Shown here: one piece after another, positions 42,495-64,000 of the stretch | Layout: each line of letters starts with the position of its first letter | How positions within the stretch are numbered: the first letter of the stretch is position 1 | Assembly (NCBI RefSeq): GCF_009914755.1 | Contig: NC_060930.1 | DNA from: the human T2T-CHM13v2.0 reference genome, Homo sapiens | DNA length: 64,000 nt | Direction: 5' to 3' (one strand) | Program-made: the position numbers and the translations under genes | Notes under the pieces: generated by a model | Seen by the model: the letters and a program-made list of their open reading frames with translations, nothing else | The model's database searches: none | Told to the model about the DNA's origin: nothing

Positions 42495-43201
42495 TGCTGA
42501 GACTTGAGTAGGTGGTTTTACCCTCACAGTGTAAACAAAGCTATCAGGAAGTTCGAACTGGACAGAGACCACCACAGCTCAGCAAGGCCACTGTGGCCGG
42601 ACTGCCTCACTAGATTCCTCCTCTCTGGGCAGGGCATCTCTGAAACAAAGGCAGCAGCCCCAGTCAGAGGCTTATAAATAAAACCCCCATCTCCCTGGGA
42701 CAGAGCACCTGGGGGAAGAGGTGGCTGTGGGCACAGCTTCAGCTGACTTAAACGTCCTGCCTGATGACTCTGAAGAGAACAGCAGATCTCCCAGTACAGT
42801 GCTTGAGCTCTGGTAAGGGTCAGACTGCCTCCTCAAGTGGGTCACTGACCCCCATGTCTCCTGACTGGAAGACACTTCCCAGTAGAGGTCGACAGACACC
42901 TCCTACAGGAGAGCTCTGGCTGGCATCTGGCAGGTGCTCCTCTGGGATCAAGCTTGCAGAGGAAGGAACAGGCAGCAATCTTTGCTGTTCTGCAGCCTCT
43001 GCTGGTGATACCCAGGAAAAGAGGGCCTGGTGCAAACCTCCAGCAAACTCCAGCAGACCTGCAGCAAACGGGCCTGACTGTTAGAATGAAAACTAACACA
43101 CAGAAAGGAATAGCATCAACATCAATAAAAAGGACGTCCACTCAGAGACCCCATCCAAAGGTCACCAACATCAAACACCAAAGGTTGATAAATCCACGAA
43201 G

Positions 43202-44227
43202 ATGGGAAGAAACCAGTGCAAAACGGCTGAAAATTCCAAAAAGCAGAATGCCTCTTCTCCTCCAAAGGATCACAACTCCCTGCCTGGAAGGGAACAAAAC
43301 TGGATGGAGAATGAGTTTGACAAATTGACAGAAGTAGGCTTTAGAAGGTGGATAATAACAAACTCCTCCGAGCTAAAGGAGCATGCTCTAACCCAATGCA
43401 AGGAAGCTAAGAACCTTGAAAGAAGGTTAGATGAATTGCTAACTAGAATAACCAGTTTAGAGAAGAACATAAATGACCTAATGGAGCTGAAAAGCACAGC
43501 ACGAGAACTTTATGAAGCATACACAAGTATCAAAAGCCAAATTGATCAAGCAGAAGAAAGGATATCAGAGATTCAATATCAACTCAATGAAGTAAAGCAA
43601 GAAGACAAGACTAGAGAGAAAAGAATGAAAAGGAATGAACAAAGCCTCCAAGAAATATGAGACTATGTGAAAAGACCAAAACTACATTTGATTGGTGTAC
43701 CTGAAAGTGACAGGGAGAATGGAACAAAGTTGGAAAACACTCTTCAGGATATTATCCAGGAGAACTTCCCCAACCTAGCAAGACGGGCCAACATTCAAAC
43801 TCAGGAAATACAGAGAACGCCACGAAGATTCTCCTCCAGAACAGCAACCCCAAGACACATAATCATCAGATTCACCAAGGTTGAAATGAAGGGAAAAATG
43901 TTAACTACAGCCAGAGAGAAACGTCTGGTTACCCACAAAGGGAAGCCCATCAGACTAACAGCAGATTAATCAGCAGAAATCCTATAAGCCAGAAGAGAGT
44001 GGAGGCCAACATTCAACATTCTCAAAGAAAATAATTTTCAACCCAGAATTTCATATCCAGCCAAACTAAGCTTCATAAGTGAAGGAGAAATAAAATCCTT
44101 TACAGACAAGCAAATGCTGAGAGAATTTGTCACCACCAGGCCTGCCTTACAAGAGCTCCTGAAGGAAGCACTAAACATGGAAAGGAACAACCAGTACCAG
44201 CCACTGCAAAAACATATCAAATTGTAA
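43202..44227 (+). pseudogene. L1 ORF1p, disrupted
   Basis: MGRNQCKTAENSKKQNASSPPKD..., coiled coil, KLENTLQDIIQENFPNLAR; in-frame stops at 43658-43660 and 43967-43969. Confidence 0.93.
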
Positions 44228-44290
44228 AGACCATCAACACTACAAAGAAACGGCATCAACTAATGGGCAAAATAACCAGCTAACATCATA

Positions 44291-48118
<3,828 letters not shown>

Positions 48119-48464
48119 CAATGAGTACACATGGACACAGGGAGGGGAACATCATGCACTGGGGCCTCTCAGGGGGCAGGGACTAGGGGAGGGATAGCAT
48201 TAAGAGAAATACCTAATACGGATGACGGGTTGATGGGTGCAGCTAACCAGCATGTCACGTGTATACCTATGTAACAAACCTGCATATTCTGCACATGTAC
48301 CCCAGAACTTAAAAGTATAATTAGAAAGAAAAAGAAAAAAGAAAAATCAACTTAATTTACCACATATAAAAAGAAGTGGGAGTAAGAGAAATTTTCAGTC
48401 AACAACATGTTGTACTTATAAAAATTCAAAAGACCACAGAAAGAATCTTAGAATTATAGTTATT

Positions 48465-51099
<2,635 letters not shown>

Positions 51100-52960
51100 A
51101 GAATTATAGTTATTAATGTAGAATAACTATAAGTAAATTTAACAATTTTGTGAAATGAGATCAACATACAAAAAATCAATTTTTTAAATATTAGCAACAA
51201 AGTAACAAAAAAAGAAATAAGGAAGATGATATTACTTACAAAAAATTAAAAACCTTAGAATAAATCTAATCAAAGATATAAAAGATCTTTTTAAGTAGCT
51301 TTAAATAAATGGAGGGTTATATCATGTTAATGGGGTGGAAGACTCACGATTGTAAAGATTTTAGTTCCCCCCAAATCGATAGATTTAATCTAATCCTAAT
51401 CAAACTCCCAGCAGGTTTATATAAAAATAAGCTGATTCTAAAATATATATAAAAACAAATGTGCCGCATATTGCAAAGGTGTGCTTGAAGAAGATTTGTA
51501 GATATTACTACTAGATTCTAAAACTTACAGTGATCGTAATTAAGACAGTGTGGTATTAGCACAGATAGGCAAGCTGACTAGATAACAGAATAGAAAATCC
51601 AGAAATAGACCACTATTGATTTTTTTTTTATAAAGGTGTTATTGTAGTGCAGTGGGTATGGTCTTCCCAATAAATGGTGCTGTGCCAATCAGATATCTAT
51701 AAGTAAAATACATGTATCCAGAACGCTTCTTCTTTACAAAAACCACAAGAAGGATTTTAGACCTAATGTAACAGATTAAACTAACGAAGCTTTCAGAAGA
51801 AAGCATAAGAGAATATCTTTATGACTTTGGGGTTGGCAAAGACTTCATTAAAAAAGTATTCATCATACTTTATTGATACATTGAAAAATTGGGCTCCAAG
51901 AAAAATGAGAGCTGCTCTTTCTCAAAAGACACCATAATGGGAGCAAAGGCAAACGACACACTTGAAGTAGATATTTGCAGAGTATACACTTGGCAAAGGA
52001 CTTGTATTCTGAAAAGGATTTAGGTAACAGGAAGGAGCTCCTTACAGTAGGGAATCCATTCAGAAGTTCAAACTGGTTTAGAGACACCTTGATTTAACAC
52101 AATCACACTTCGGGCTCTCAAATGACTCCAGCTCACCCACCTTATGTATACATATGTGTGTGGGGGGGGGGATGGTCACACTACACTAAAACGAAAGTAG
52201 TTGGAGCTCCATCCCCTTATTCCTCTATTTCTATGAATTCTCCTGGTCTTTGCCCTTTGTTTCCTGTGCCCCTACTAAATGCCATCTCAGTTTATCCTTC
52301 CTCCTGTTTCCACCTCTCCTCTTCCCAACTAATGTGGGATATAGCATTGGTTTTTGTGTTGTTTTCAATTCCCACAAACTATCACTAACATATGGTAGTT
52401 GTGTAGTGCACCCCTGTACCAAAAAGCTTCTTTGGAGGCAGTGGCAGGGACGGGCAGGGGCAGTGGTAATGAGGATAAGCAAGCACCAATAGTTAGACTT
52501 CCTTGTTCTCATTTCCTCAGTCACTCTCATCTCCCCAACCCCCTTTCGCACCATGGGTTCCAGTTTACTGGGTTGCAAGGTCCTATCCCTCTATCTGAAA
52601 GTTTTTTCAGGAAACTCCAGATTCTTTTTTTTTTTTTTTTTTTTGACAGAGTTTCACTCTTAATTCTTTATCATGTAGACTAAACCATTTAGCTTTCTTT
52701 GTCTCACTCCTCTGCCTTTTGTGATCATGTCCTGTGGCTGATCTTTCAGCAAACTCCATTGACTTATTTCACCAAGCAAAGGAGAGGCATCTAGATAGGG
52801 ATTTGGGGACTATCTTAAAGAATTATTCTTTAAAATCCCAAATTGAATTCATTAACGTAAGACACACCCTTCTCTCCTCCCAACGTGGTTCTTACACCAA
52901 GTTCTTCCTTTTCTTTTTCTTTAAAATTTTTTCAGGGGGTTCACACTGCATTGTCTAGGC

Positions 52961-53298
52961 TTGTTAGAAACTATGGGTTCTTGGGCTCTCAATGCAATAG
53001 AAATTGATGTGAGGCCCAAAGAGTTTTCCTGAGACTTCACTGGAGCTTATGCATGGGCATAAGGGAGGCAGCACAAGAGAGAGAGAATTCCCTCACTGAC
53101 TCTTTGAAAAGGTTGGGATTTTTATTAGGCAAAGTGCAAGAATTGATACTGGGGGTAGGGTATACAGGCTGGGCTGGGTAAAGCACGTGAGGGGTAGGGT
53201 ATAGAGGTCTGCACATCTGGTTGTGATGGTTGTATTGAGTAATGGGCCAACTGGCGGTCTCACCCATGGCAACAAGGCTGTAAATCAATTGTTCAGCT
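52961..53298 (-). mobile_element. ERV1-type LTR fragment (MER67-like, uncertain)
   Basis: TGTTAG start and GAGAGAGAATTCCCTCACTGACTC ... GGATTTTTATTAGGC (reverse poly(A) signal); truncated at the MaLR junction. Confidence 0.45.
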
Positions 53299-53861
53299 TT
53301 TGATTTTACAAGCTTATGGGTGGAGAGCACTTACCTTGTCTCAAAGAGACTTTGGACTTGGACTTTTGGGTTAATGCTGGAATGAATTAAGACTTTGAGG
53401 GAGTGTTGGGAAGGCATGATTGGTTTTGAAATGTGAAAAAGACCTGAGATTTGGGAGGGGCCAGGGGCAGAATGATATGGTTAGGCTTTGTGTTCCCACC
53501 CAAATCTCATCTTGAATTGAAATTTCCATAATCCCTATAATCCCCACGTGCCAAAGGAGAGACCAGGTGGATGTAATTGAATCATGGGGGCAGTTCCTCC
53601 ATGCTGTTCTCACGCTAGTGGGTGAGTTCTCACAAGATCTGATGGTTTTGTAAGGGGCTTTTCCCCCTTTGCTCGGCAATTCTCCTTCCTGCTGCCTTGT
53701 GAAGAAGGTGCCTGGGTTTCCCTTCACCTTCTGCCATGATTTTAAGTTTCCCGAGGCCTCCCCAGCCATGCTGAACTGTGAGTCAATTAAGCCTCTTTCC
53801 TTTATAAATTACCCAGTTTTGGGCAGTTCTCTTTTTTTGAGACGGTGTTTGAACCAATACA
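53299..53861 (+). mobile_element. MaLR internal 3' end with polypurine tract (53299-53472) plus THE1D-like LTR (53473-53861)
   Basis: GAGACTTTGGACTTGGACTTTTGGGTTAATGCTGGAATGA ... GGGAGGGGCCAGGGGCAGAA|TGATATGGTTAGGCTTTGTG. Confidence 0.9.
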
Positions 53862-53864
53862 AGA

Positions 53865-55430
53865 ACCTTACATTTACAAGTAAGTGTAGTCTGAAAGTAT
53901 TTCATCTTCAAGTAGATTCATGAAAATAACTGATAGGTTCAGGTTTCTGGTAACTTTGTTATACCTTGAATTGGGTAAGGATTTCCAGAACTCTGATAAG
54001 GAAACTCTTGGGTTCATAAAATTGCTAGAACCAAAATCTAGCAGAACAAGAATTAGTTACATGAGACTAAATGAACTCATGACATTTTATTTGAATCATT
54101 GCTGGTTTTGTTTTCCAGATTTAAGGAAAATTTTCTTTTTTCTCTTAGACTACCTATTGCTTACAGCAGCTTGGTAGATTACTCCTTTATAAACAAAATA
54201 CAATTACTTTTTCTCCCTACTTGACCCGTCCAGAATTCAGAAGCTATTAGTGACTATCCTTTTTTCATGGCAATAAAGTTATTTATGTAAGTTCAATAAG
54301 AATCTGTTCTCTTCGTAACAGAACATAATTGGAAGCATTGGTTTTATAACCAAGGTTTTGACTGGAACGTCGTACTTGAGAATGTGTATAGATCAGATAT
54401 GACCAAGCGATGCAGAATTTTTGTTCCTTAGTTAAGCTAAATCTGGATTCTTCTGCCACGACCAGGAAAAATTAGGCATGTGGACACTCTGAAGGGTGAG
54501 GACAGTGGAATTTATTGGGCAAAAAGGAAGAAAAAAAAAACTTTCAGCAAAGTGAGGGGTGTCCTGCCAATGGCCTCCCACCTCACAGATTGAATATCAG
54601 GCCCCCACACATGAGCTGAAGAGCCAGACTCCTCCCCCTGCATAAGGTGCAAATTCCTGGTCACTCCACCCCATTCCTCCAGTGCACATGTGGGCATTAT
54701 TCAGAAAGAATCAGTTGGGAAAGGGTGGACAAACAGGGGCAGTTCTCCCTCTGGGTCGTGTTTTTCATCTGGGACCAGCAGTCCAATCTTTCAGCCTTCA
54801 GGCTGTTTTAGGCCTGAAGGTTGGGTTTCACTGGGTACTCTTCACTGTCTACTGTCTCTATCACAAGCAGCTTCAAGAAACTAAGGTTGAGGCCCAATGG
54901 CTCATGCCTCTAATGTAATCCCAGCACGATGGGAGGGTGAAGCACGTGGATTGCTTGAGTTCATGAGTTTTTGACCAACCTGAGCAACATGACGAAAACT
55001 CGTCTCTACAAAAAAAAAAAAAAAAAAAAATACAAAAAATTAGCCAGGCATGGTAAGGCGCGCCTGTAGTCTTAGCTACTCAGGAGGCTGAGGTGGGAGG
55101 ATGGCTTGAGCCTGGGAGGCAGAGGATGCAGAGAGGCGGAGGTTGCAGGCAGACAGAGGTTGTATTGAGCTGAGATGGCGCCACTGCCCTCCAGCCTTGG
55201 TGACAGAGCAAGACCCTGTCTCAAAAAAAATAAAAATTTAAAAAAGAAACGAAGGTGGATTTTATAATGCCAATTAATCTCTCTTCCCTTTGGAAAAACT
55301 GGACTGATACCCGGCTTACAGGGTTCTGGGCCTTACAGGTGAGAAAAGAATGTCACTTCCTGGCAGGCCCAGGACCCTAGGATATCTTGAGGATCTCAAC
55401 AAGAGAAGAATTCATCCAAATCTGTAGGTA
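53865..55430. mobile_element. MER4-group ERV1 internal sequence interrupted by an ERV1 LTR (~54409-54863, -) and an AluJ (54890-55245, +)
   Basis: GCAGAACAAGAATTAGTTACATG and GAATGTCACTTCCTGGCAGGCCCAGGA resemble MER4-group internal sequence; LTR flanked by CAAG/CAAG; Alu TSD AAGAAAC(T/G)AAGGT(T/G)GA. Confidence 0.65.
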
Positions 55431-55473
55431 TTGTTATTGGAAAGGGGTACTAATACAGACTCCATTTAATACA

Positions 55474-58668
<3,195 letters not shown>

Positions 58669-61600
58669 TAGTCTGACTCTTGTAGAGCTCTGGCAATGGC
58701 TAATTAATTATGGTGTTTCTAGAAGTTAAATCGACAGGAAGCCTACTGCATTTCTGCTTAATTTATAAAAGCAGAAAACTTCTAGGTCGAATGGACAAAA
58801 TACTGATTTGAATTATAAAAAGAGAGAATCACAGCCCCTCAATTTCCAGACTTGAGCCAGTTTACAGATCTGGAGCCCCTTGAATGAAGGGGAGGCCAGG
58901 TACCCTTCAGGAAGGACCCCACTACATTACCAACAATTTATGTAGTGAATCTTTCACCCATCCTTCCTCAAGGAGACCTCTGGCCTTTTACCAGGGTAAC
59001 TGTGCACTGGGGAAAGGGAAATGATCAGATATTTCAGGAACTGTTGGACACTGGCTCTGAGCTCACATTGATTCCAGGGGACCCAAAACATCATTGTTGT
59101 CCTCCAATTGAAGTAGGGTCTTATGAAGATCAGGTAATTAATGGAGTTTTAGCTCAGGTCCGACTTAACATTGGGTGCGCTGGTTCCCTAGACTTATCCT
59201 GTGGTCATTTCCCCAGTGTCAGAATGCATATTTGGCATAGACATCCTTAGCAGCTGGTAGAACCCCCACATTGGCTTCCTGACTGGTAGGGTGAGGGCTA
59301 TTATGGTGGCAAAGGTCAAATCAAAGCCATTAGAGCTGCCTCTACCTAGAAAAATAGTAAATCAAAAACAACATCACATCCCTGGAGGGACTGTGGAGAT
59401 TAGTGCTACCATCAAAGATTTGAAAGATACAGTGGTGGTGATTCCCAAAACATCCCTGTTCAACTTTCCTATTTGGTCTGTGAAGAAGACAGATGGGTCT
59501 TGGAGAATGACAGTGGATTATTGTAAGCTTAACCAAGTGGTGACTCCAATTGCAGCTGCTGTACAAGATGCGGTTTCATTGCTTGAGCAAATTAACACAT
59601 CTCCTGGTACCTGGTATGCCACCATTGACTTGGCAAGTGCATTTTTTTCCATTCCTGTTCATAAGGCCCACTAGAAGCAATTTGCCTTCAGCTGGCAAGG
59701 CCAGCAATATGCTTTTACTGTCCTACCTCAGGGATATATCAACTCTCTGGCTTTGTGGTATAATCTTTTTCGGAGAGACCTTGATTGCTTTTCGCTTCCA
59801 CAAGATATCACACTGGTCTATTACATTGATGCCATTATGCCGTTTGGATCCAGTGAGCAAGAAGTAGTAAACTCACTGGACTTATTGGTGAGACATTTGT
59901 GTGCCATAGGATGGGAAATAAATCTGGGTAAAATTCAGGGAACTTCCACCTCAGTAAAATTTCTAGGAGTCCAGTGGTGTGGGGTCTGTCGAGACATTCC
60001 TTCTAAGGTGAGGGTTACGTTGCTGCATTTGGCCCCTTCTACAACCCAGGAAGGGGCACAATGCCTAGTGGGCCTATTTGGATTTTGCAGGCAACACATT
60101 CCTCATTTGGATGTGTTACTCCGGCCCATTTGTCAAGTGACCCAAAATGCTGCCAGTTTTGAGTGGGGTCCAGAACAGAAGGCTCTACAACAGATCCAGG
60201 CTGCTGTACAAACTGCTCTGCTACTTGGGCCATATGACCCAGCAGATCCAATGGTGCTTGAGGTGTCAGTGGCAGATAGGGATGCTGTTTGGAGCCTTTG
60301 GTAGGCCCCCATAAGTGAATCACAGAAGAGGCCTCTAGGATTTTGGAGCAAGGCCCTGCCATCTTCTGCAGATAACTACTCTCCTTTTGAGAGACAGCTC
60401 TTGCCTGTCACTGGGCTTTGGTGGAAACTGAACAATTGACTATGGGTCATCAAGTCAGCATAGGACCTGAACTGCCTGTCATGAACTGGGTGCTTTCTGA
60501 CCCATCTAGCCATAAAGTGGGTTGTGCACAGCAGCATACCATCTCCAAATGAAAGTGGTATATAACGTGATTGGGCTCAAGCAGGTCCTGAAGGCACAAG
60601 TAAGTTACATGATGGAGTGACTCAAATGCCCATGTTCTCCACTCCTGCCACCCTGCCTTCTCTCCCCCAGCCTGCACCAATGGCCTCATGGGGAGTTCCA
60701 TTTGCTCAGTTGACAGAGGAAGAGAAGAGAGGAAGAGAACTAGAGCCTGGTTCACAGATGGTTCTACGTGATATGCAAGCACCACCCGAAAGTGGACAGC
60801 TGCAGCACTACAGCCCCTTTCTAGGACATCCCTGAAGGACAATGGTGAAGGGAAATCTTCCTAGTGGGCAGAACTTTGAGCAGTGCACCTGGTTGTGCAC
60901 TTTGCATGGAAGGAGAAATGGCCAGATGTGTGATTATATACTGATTCATGGGCTGTAGCCAGTGGTTTGGCTGGATGATCAGGGACTTGGAAGAAGCATG
61001 ATTGGAAAATTGGTGACAAAGACATTTGGGGAAGAGGTATGCAGATGGACCTCTCTGAGTAGCCAAAAACTGTGAAGATATCTGTATCCCACATGAGTGC
61101 TCACCAGTGGGTGACCTCAGCAGAGGAGGATTTTAATAATCAAGTGGATAGGATGACCTGTTCTGTGGACACCACTCAGTCTCTTTCCCCAGCCACCCCT
61201 GTCATCGCCCAATGGGCCCATGAACAAAGTGGCCATGGTGGCAGGGATGGAGGTTATGCATGGGCTCAGCAACATCGACCTCCACTCACCAAGGCTGACC
61301 TGATTATGGCCACTGCTGACTGCCCAATTTGCCAGCAGCAGAGACCAGCACTGAGCCCTCAATATAGCACCATTCCTGGGGGTGATCAGCCAGCTACCTA
61401 GTGGCAGGTTGATTATATTGGACCTCTTCCATCATGAAAAGGGCAGAGGTTTGTCCTCAATGGAATAGACACTTAACTCCAAATATGGGTTTGTCTGTCT
61501 TGCATTCAATGCTTCTGCCCAGACTACCATCCAGGGATTCATGGAATACCTTATCCACCATCATGGTATTCCACACAGCATTGCCTCTGACCAAAGCACC

Positions 61601-62757
61601 CACTTTATGGCTACAGAAGTGTGGCAGTGGGCTCCATGCTCATGGAATTCACTGGTCTTACCACGTTCCCCATCATCCTGAAGCAGCTGGATTGATAGAA
61701 TGGAGGAATGGCCTTTTGAAGTCACAATTGCAATGCCAACTAGGTGAAAATACTTTGCAGGGTGGGGGCAAAGTTCTCCAGCAGGCCATGTATGCTCTGA
61801 ATCAGCGTTTAATATACGGTACTGTTTCTCCCATAGCCAGGACTCACAGGTCCAGGAATCAAGAGGTGGAAGTGGAAGTGGCACCACTCACCATCACCCC
61901 TAGTGATCCACCAGCAAAATTTTTGCTGCCTCTTCCCATGACGTTACGTTCTGTTGGCCTAGAGGTCTTAGTTCCAGAGGGAGGAACGCTGCCACCAGGA
62001 GACACAACAGCAATTCCGTTAAACTGGAAGTTAAGATTGCCACCTGGACACTTTGGACTCCTGCTATCTTTAAATCAACAGGCTAAGAAGGGAGTTACAG
62101 TGTTGACTGAGGTGATTGACCTGGACTATCAAGATGAAATCAGTCTACTACTCCACAGCAGAGGTAAGGAAGAGTAAGCATGGAATACAGAAGATCCATT
62201 AGGACATCTCTTAGTATTACCATGCCCTGTGATTAAGGTCAATGGGAAACTACAACAGCCCAATCCAGGCAGGACTACAAATGACCCAGACCCTTCAGGA
62301 ATGAAGGTTTGGGTCACTCCACCAGGGAAAAAACCACAGCCTGCTGAGGTGCTTGTTGAAGGCAAAGGGAATACAGAATGAGTAGTAGAAGAAGGTGGTC
62401 ATCAATACCAGCTACGACCACGTGACCAGCTGCAGAAACCAGGACTGTAATTGTCATGAGTATTTACTCCTTCTTTTGTTAAAAACATGTTTTTGCATGT
62501 ATACACTTGTACTAAGAAAATATCTTTATTTTGTTTCCTTTCTCCTTTATCATGTGATGTAAGATTTATTGACTTGACATCAACATTTAAGTATTGTTAA
62601 CTTTATGTAATAGTATTTGGGTTGGGGATTGGTGTGTTTCCAGTTGTATGAAGGATAGTTATGTTAGGCATAATTATGACCTTATTATTGTCTTTATTTG
62701 AATATTATGTATGATCTCAGGAGATGTGTATGGGTTCAAGTTGACAAAGGGTGGACT
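58669..62757 (+). mobile_element. HERV-L internal region: gag 3' end, protease, RT, RNase H, integrase, dUTPase; no env; 5' part missing; many stops
   Basis: LLDTGS (59041-59058), [29 protein letters not shown] (59723), YIDA in place of YxDD (59822), HEQSGH..CPIC zinc finger, dUTPase-like IPLNWKLRLPPGHFG..GVTVLTEVIDLDYQDEI after integrase, PPT AAAGGGTGGACT. Confidence 0.95.
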
Positions 62758-63207
62758 TGTGATGGTTAATACTGAGTGTCAACTTGATTGGATTGAAGGA
62801 TACCAAGTATTCATCCTGGGTGTATCTGTGAGGGTGTTGCCAAAGGAGATTAACATTTGAGTCGGTGGGCTGGGCAAGGCAGACCCACCCTTAATCGGGT
62901 TGGGTACCATCTAATCAGCTGCCAGCATGGCTAGAATATAATAAGCAGATAGAAAATGTGAAAAAAGGTACTGGCCTAGCCTCCCAGCCTACATCTTTCT
63001 GCCATGCTGGATGCTTCCTGCCCTTGAACATCAGACTCCAAGTTCTTCAGTTCTGGAACTTGGACTGGCTCTTCTTCCTCCTCAGTCTGTAGATGGCCTA
63101 TTGTGGGACCTTGTGATCATGTGAGTTGTACTTAATAAACTATATATATATATATATATATATATATTCCTTTAGTTCTGTCCCTCTAGAGAACGCTGAC
63201 TAATACA
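62758..63207 (+). mobile_element. MLT2A1 LTR (3' LTR of the HERV-L) containing (TA)13 at 63141-63166
   Basis: TGTGATGGTTAATACTGAGTGTCAACTTGATTGGATTGAAGG ... AATAAA ... CTGTCCCTCTAGAGAACGCTGACTAATACA. Confidence 0.93.
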
Positions 63208-63404
63208 GACCCTGAACACAGGAGAAAATCAAAAATAATTTTCCACATCTGGCTAAAACTATGAGCCTTACTCTATCTAACTTACTCTGTTTTATCCTGA
63301 GCAAGTTTATTTTATACCTTCAAGTCTACGATTTTTATTGGATTCCCTTCCCCACCCCAATTTATGTCTTTGTGGCAGAATAATCTTAGAGAGTCTTAGA
63401 TAGT

Positions 63405-63868
63405 TTTGGGAGGAACTCTTTCCTCTACCATTTGAGGTTCCAGTGGTTGGAGGCCTGCGAATTCACTGACAATAGATTAATAAGAAAAAAAACAAGGTTT
63501 ATTTCCATGTGCATTTGAGAGTTGCTCAATGATGAGCAACTCACTGAATAACCGGAGATAAGAATTTATATAACAATTTAATGGGAGGGGAGGGGCTTGT
63601 GGTGTTAGAACTTGAAGGGGAACAATGGGAAAGTACTACTGGGCTTTTTGATGCTAATAGGAATGGACAGTCTGTGTCTCTTTGGCAGCTGAATTAGCAG
63701 GAAGCTCCCTTGGAGGGTGGCTAATGGTAGCTGTATTTTGGGGAGGGTCTGCTATAGTCAGATCAGAGATGTTCAGATAAGATTCCTTTCGGCATATTCT
63801 GTAGCTCAAATGTTTTCACTTTAAAATAATCTTTATGCCAACTTTGGGGGTCTAAATGGGCCCCCACA
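63405..63868 (-). mobile_element. Old ERV1 LTR (MER31/MER34/MER90 group, subfamily uncertain)
   Basis: ACTGACAATAGATTAATAAGAAAAAAAACAAGGTTTATT and CTCAAATGTTTTCACTTTAAAATAATCTTTATGCCAA ... CCCCACA. Confidence 0.5.
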
Positions 63869-64000
63869 GATGTTAAGTATGGCTTACTCATATCTTAGGA
63901 ACTCACAAATTCAAGTTTTCAAGAAAACAAAATGATTTTAATATCTCCCTAAAAAGTAAAACAGGGTATATTCTCCAAAAACAGGTATAACACTTCATTC

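Noticed and set aside
59250-62400. APOBEC3 hypermutation of the HERV-L (several apparent TGG-to-TAG/TGA stops)
   Set aside because: Relative to my recalled consensus there are also several CAG-to-TAG stops on the same strand, consistent with symmetric neutral decay. A strand-bias test against the Dfam HERVL consensus would be needed to claim editing.

Overview
Primate (human or ape-like) genomic DNA, not microbial. The only recognisable host coding sequence is GMDS (GDP-mannose 4,6-dehydratase) coding exon 1 on the minus strand (955-1056), inside a CpG-island promoter at about 500-1560. The other ~62 kb lie upstream of GMDS, where human annotation places the divergent lncRNA GMDS-DT (GMDS-AS1). 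Most of that region is interspersed repeat: about 25 Alus or Alu fragments, a full-length but dead L1PA7-like element, several truncated L1s, MaLR/ERV1/ERVL LTRs, a 5'-deleted HERV-L provirus with its MLT2A1 3' LTR, plus MIR, L2 and hAT (MER5A/MER20/MER33) relics. Repeat subfamily names come from recalled consensus sequences, not a RepeatMasker run, and boundaries are approximate unless a TSD is quoted. I found no convincing new multi-gene system. The best second-look items are: a perfect 17-bp inverted repeat and a G4 motif in the bidirectional promoter; candidate GMDS-DT exons; a local ~92%-identical inverted duplication; several templated-insertion scars; a 44-bp L1 insertion with a TSD; an L1 antisense promoter/ORF0 pointing toward GMDS; DUX4-type LTR promoters in sense with GMDS-DT; and a 7.75-kb L1+HERV-L block bracketed by a 12-bp direct repeat.
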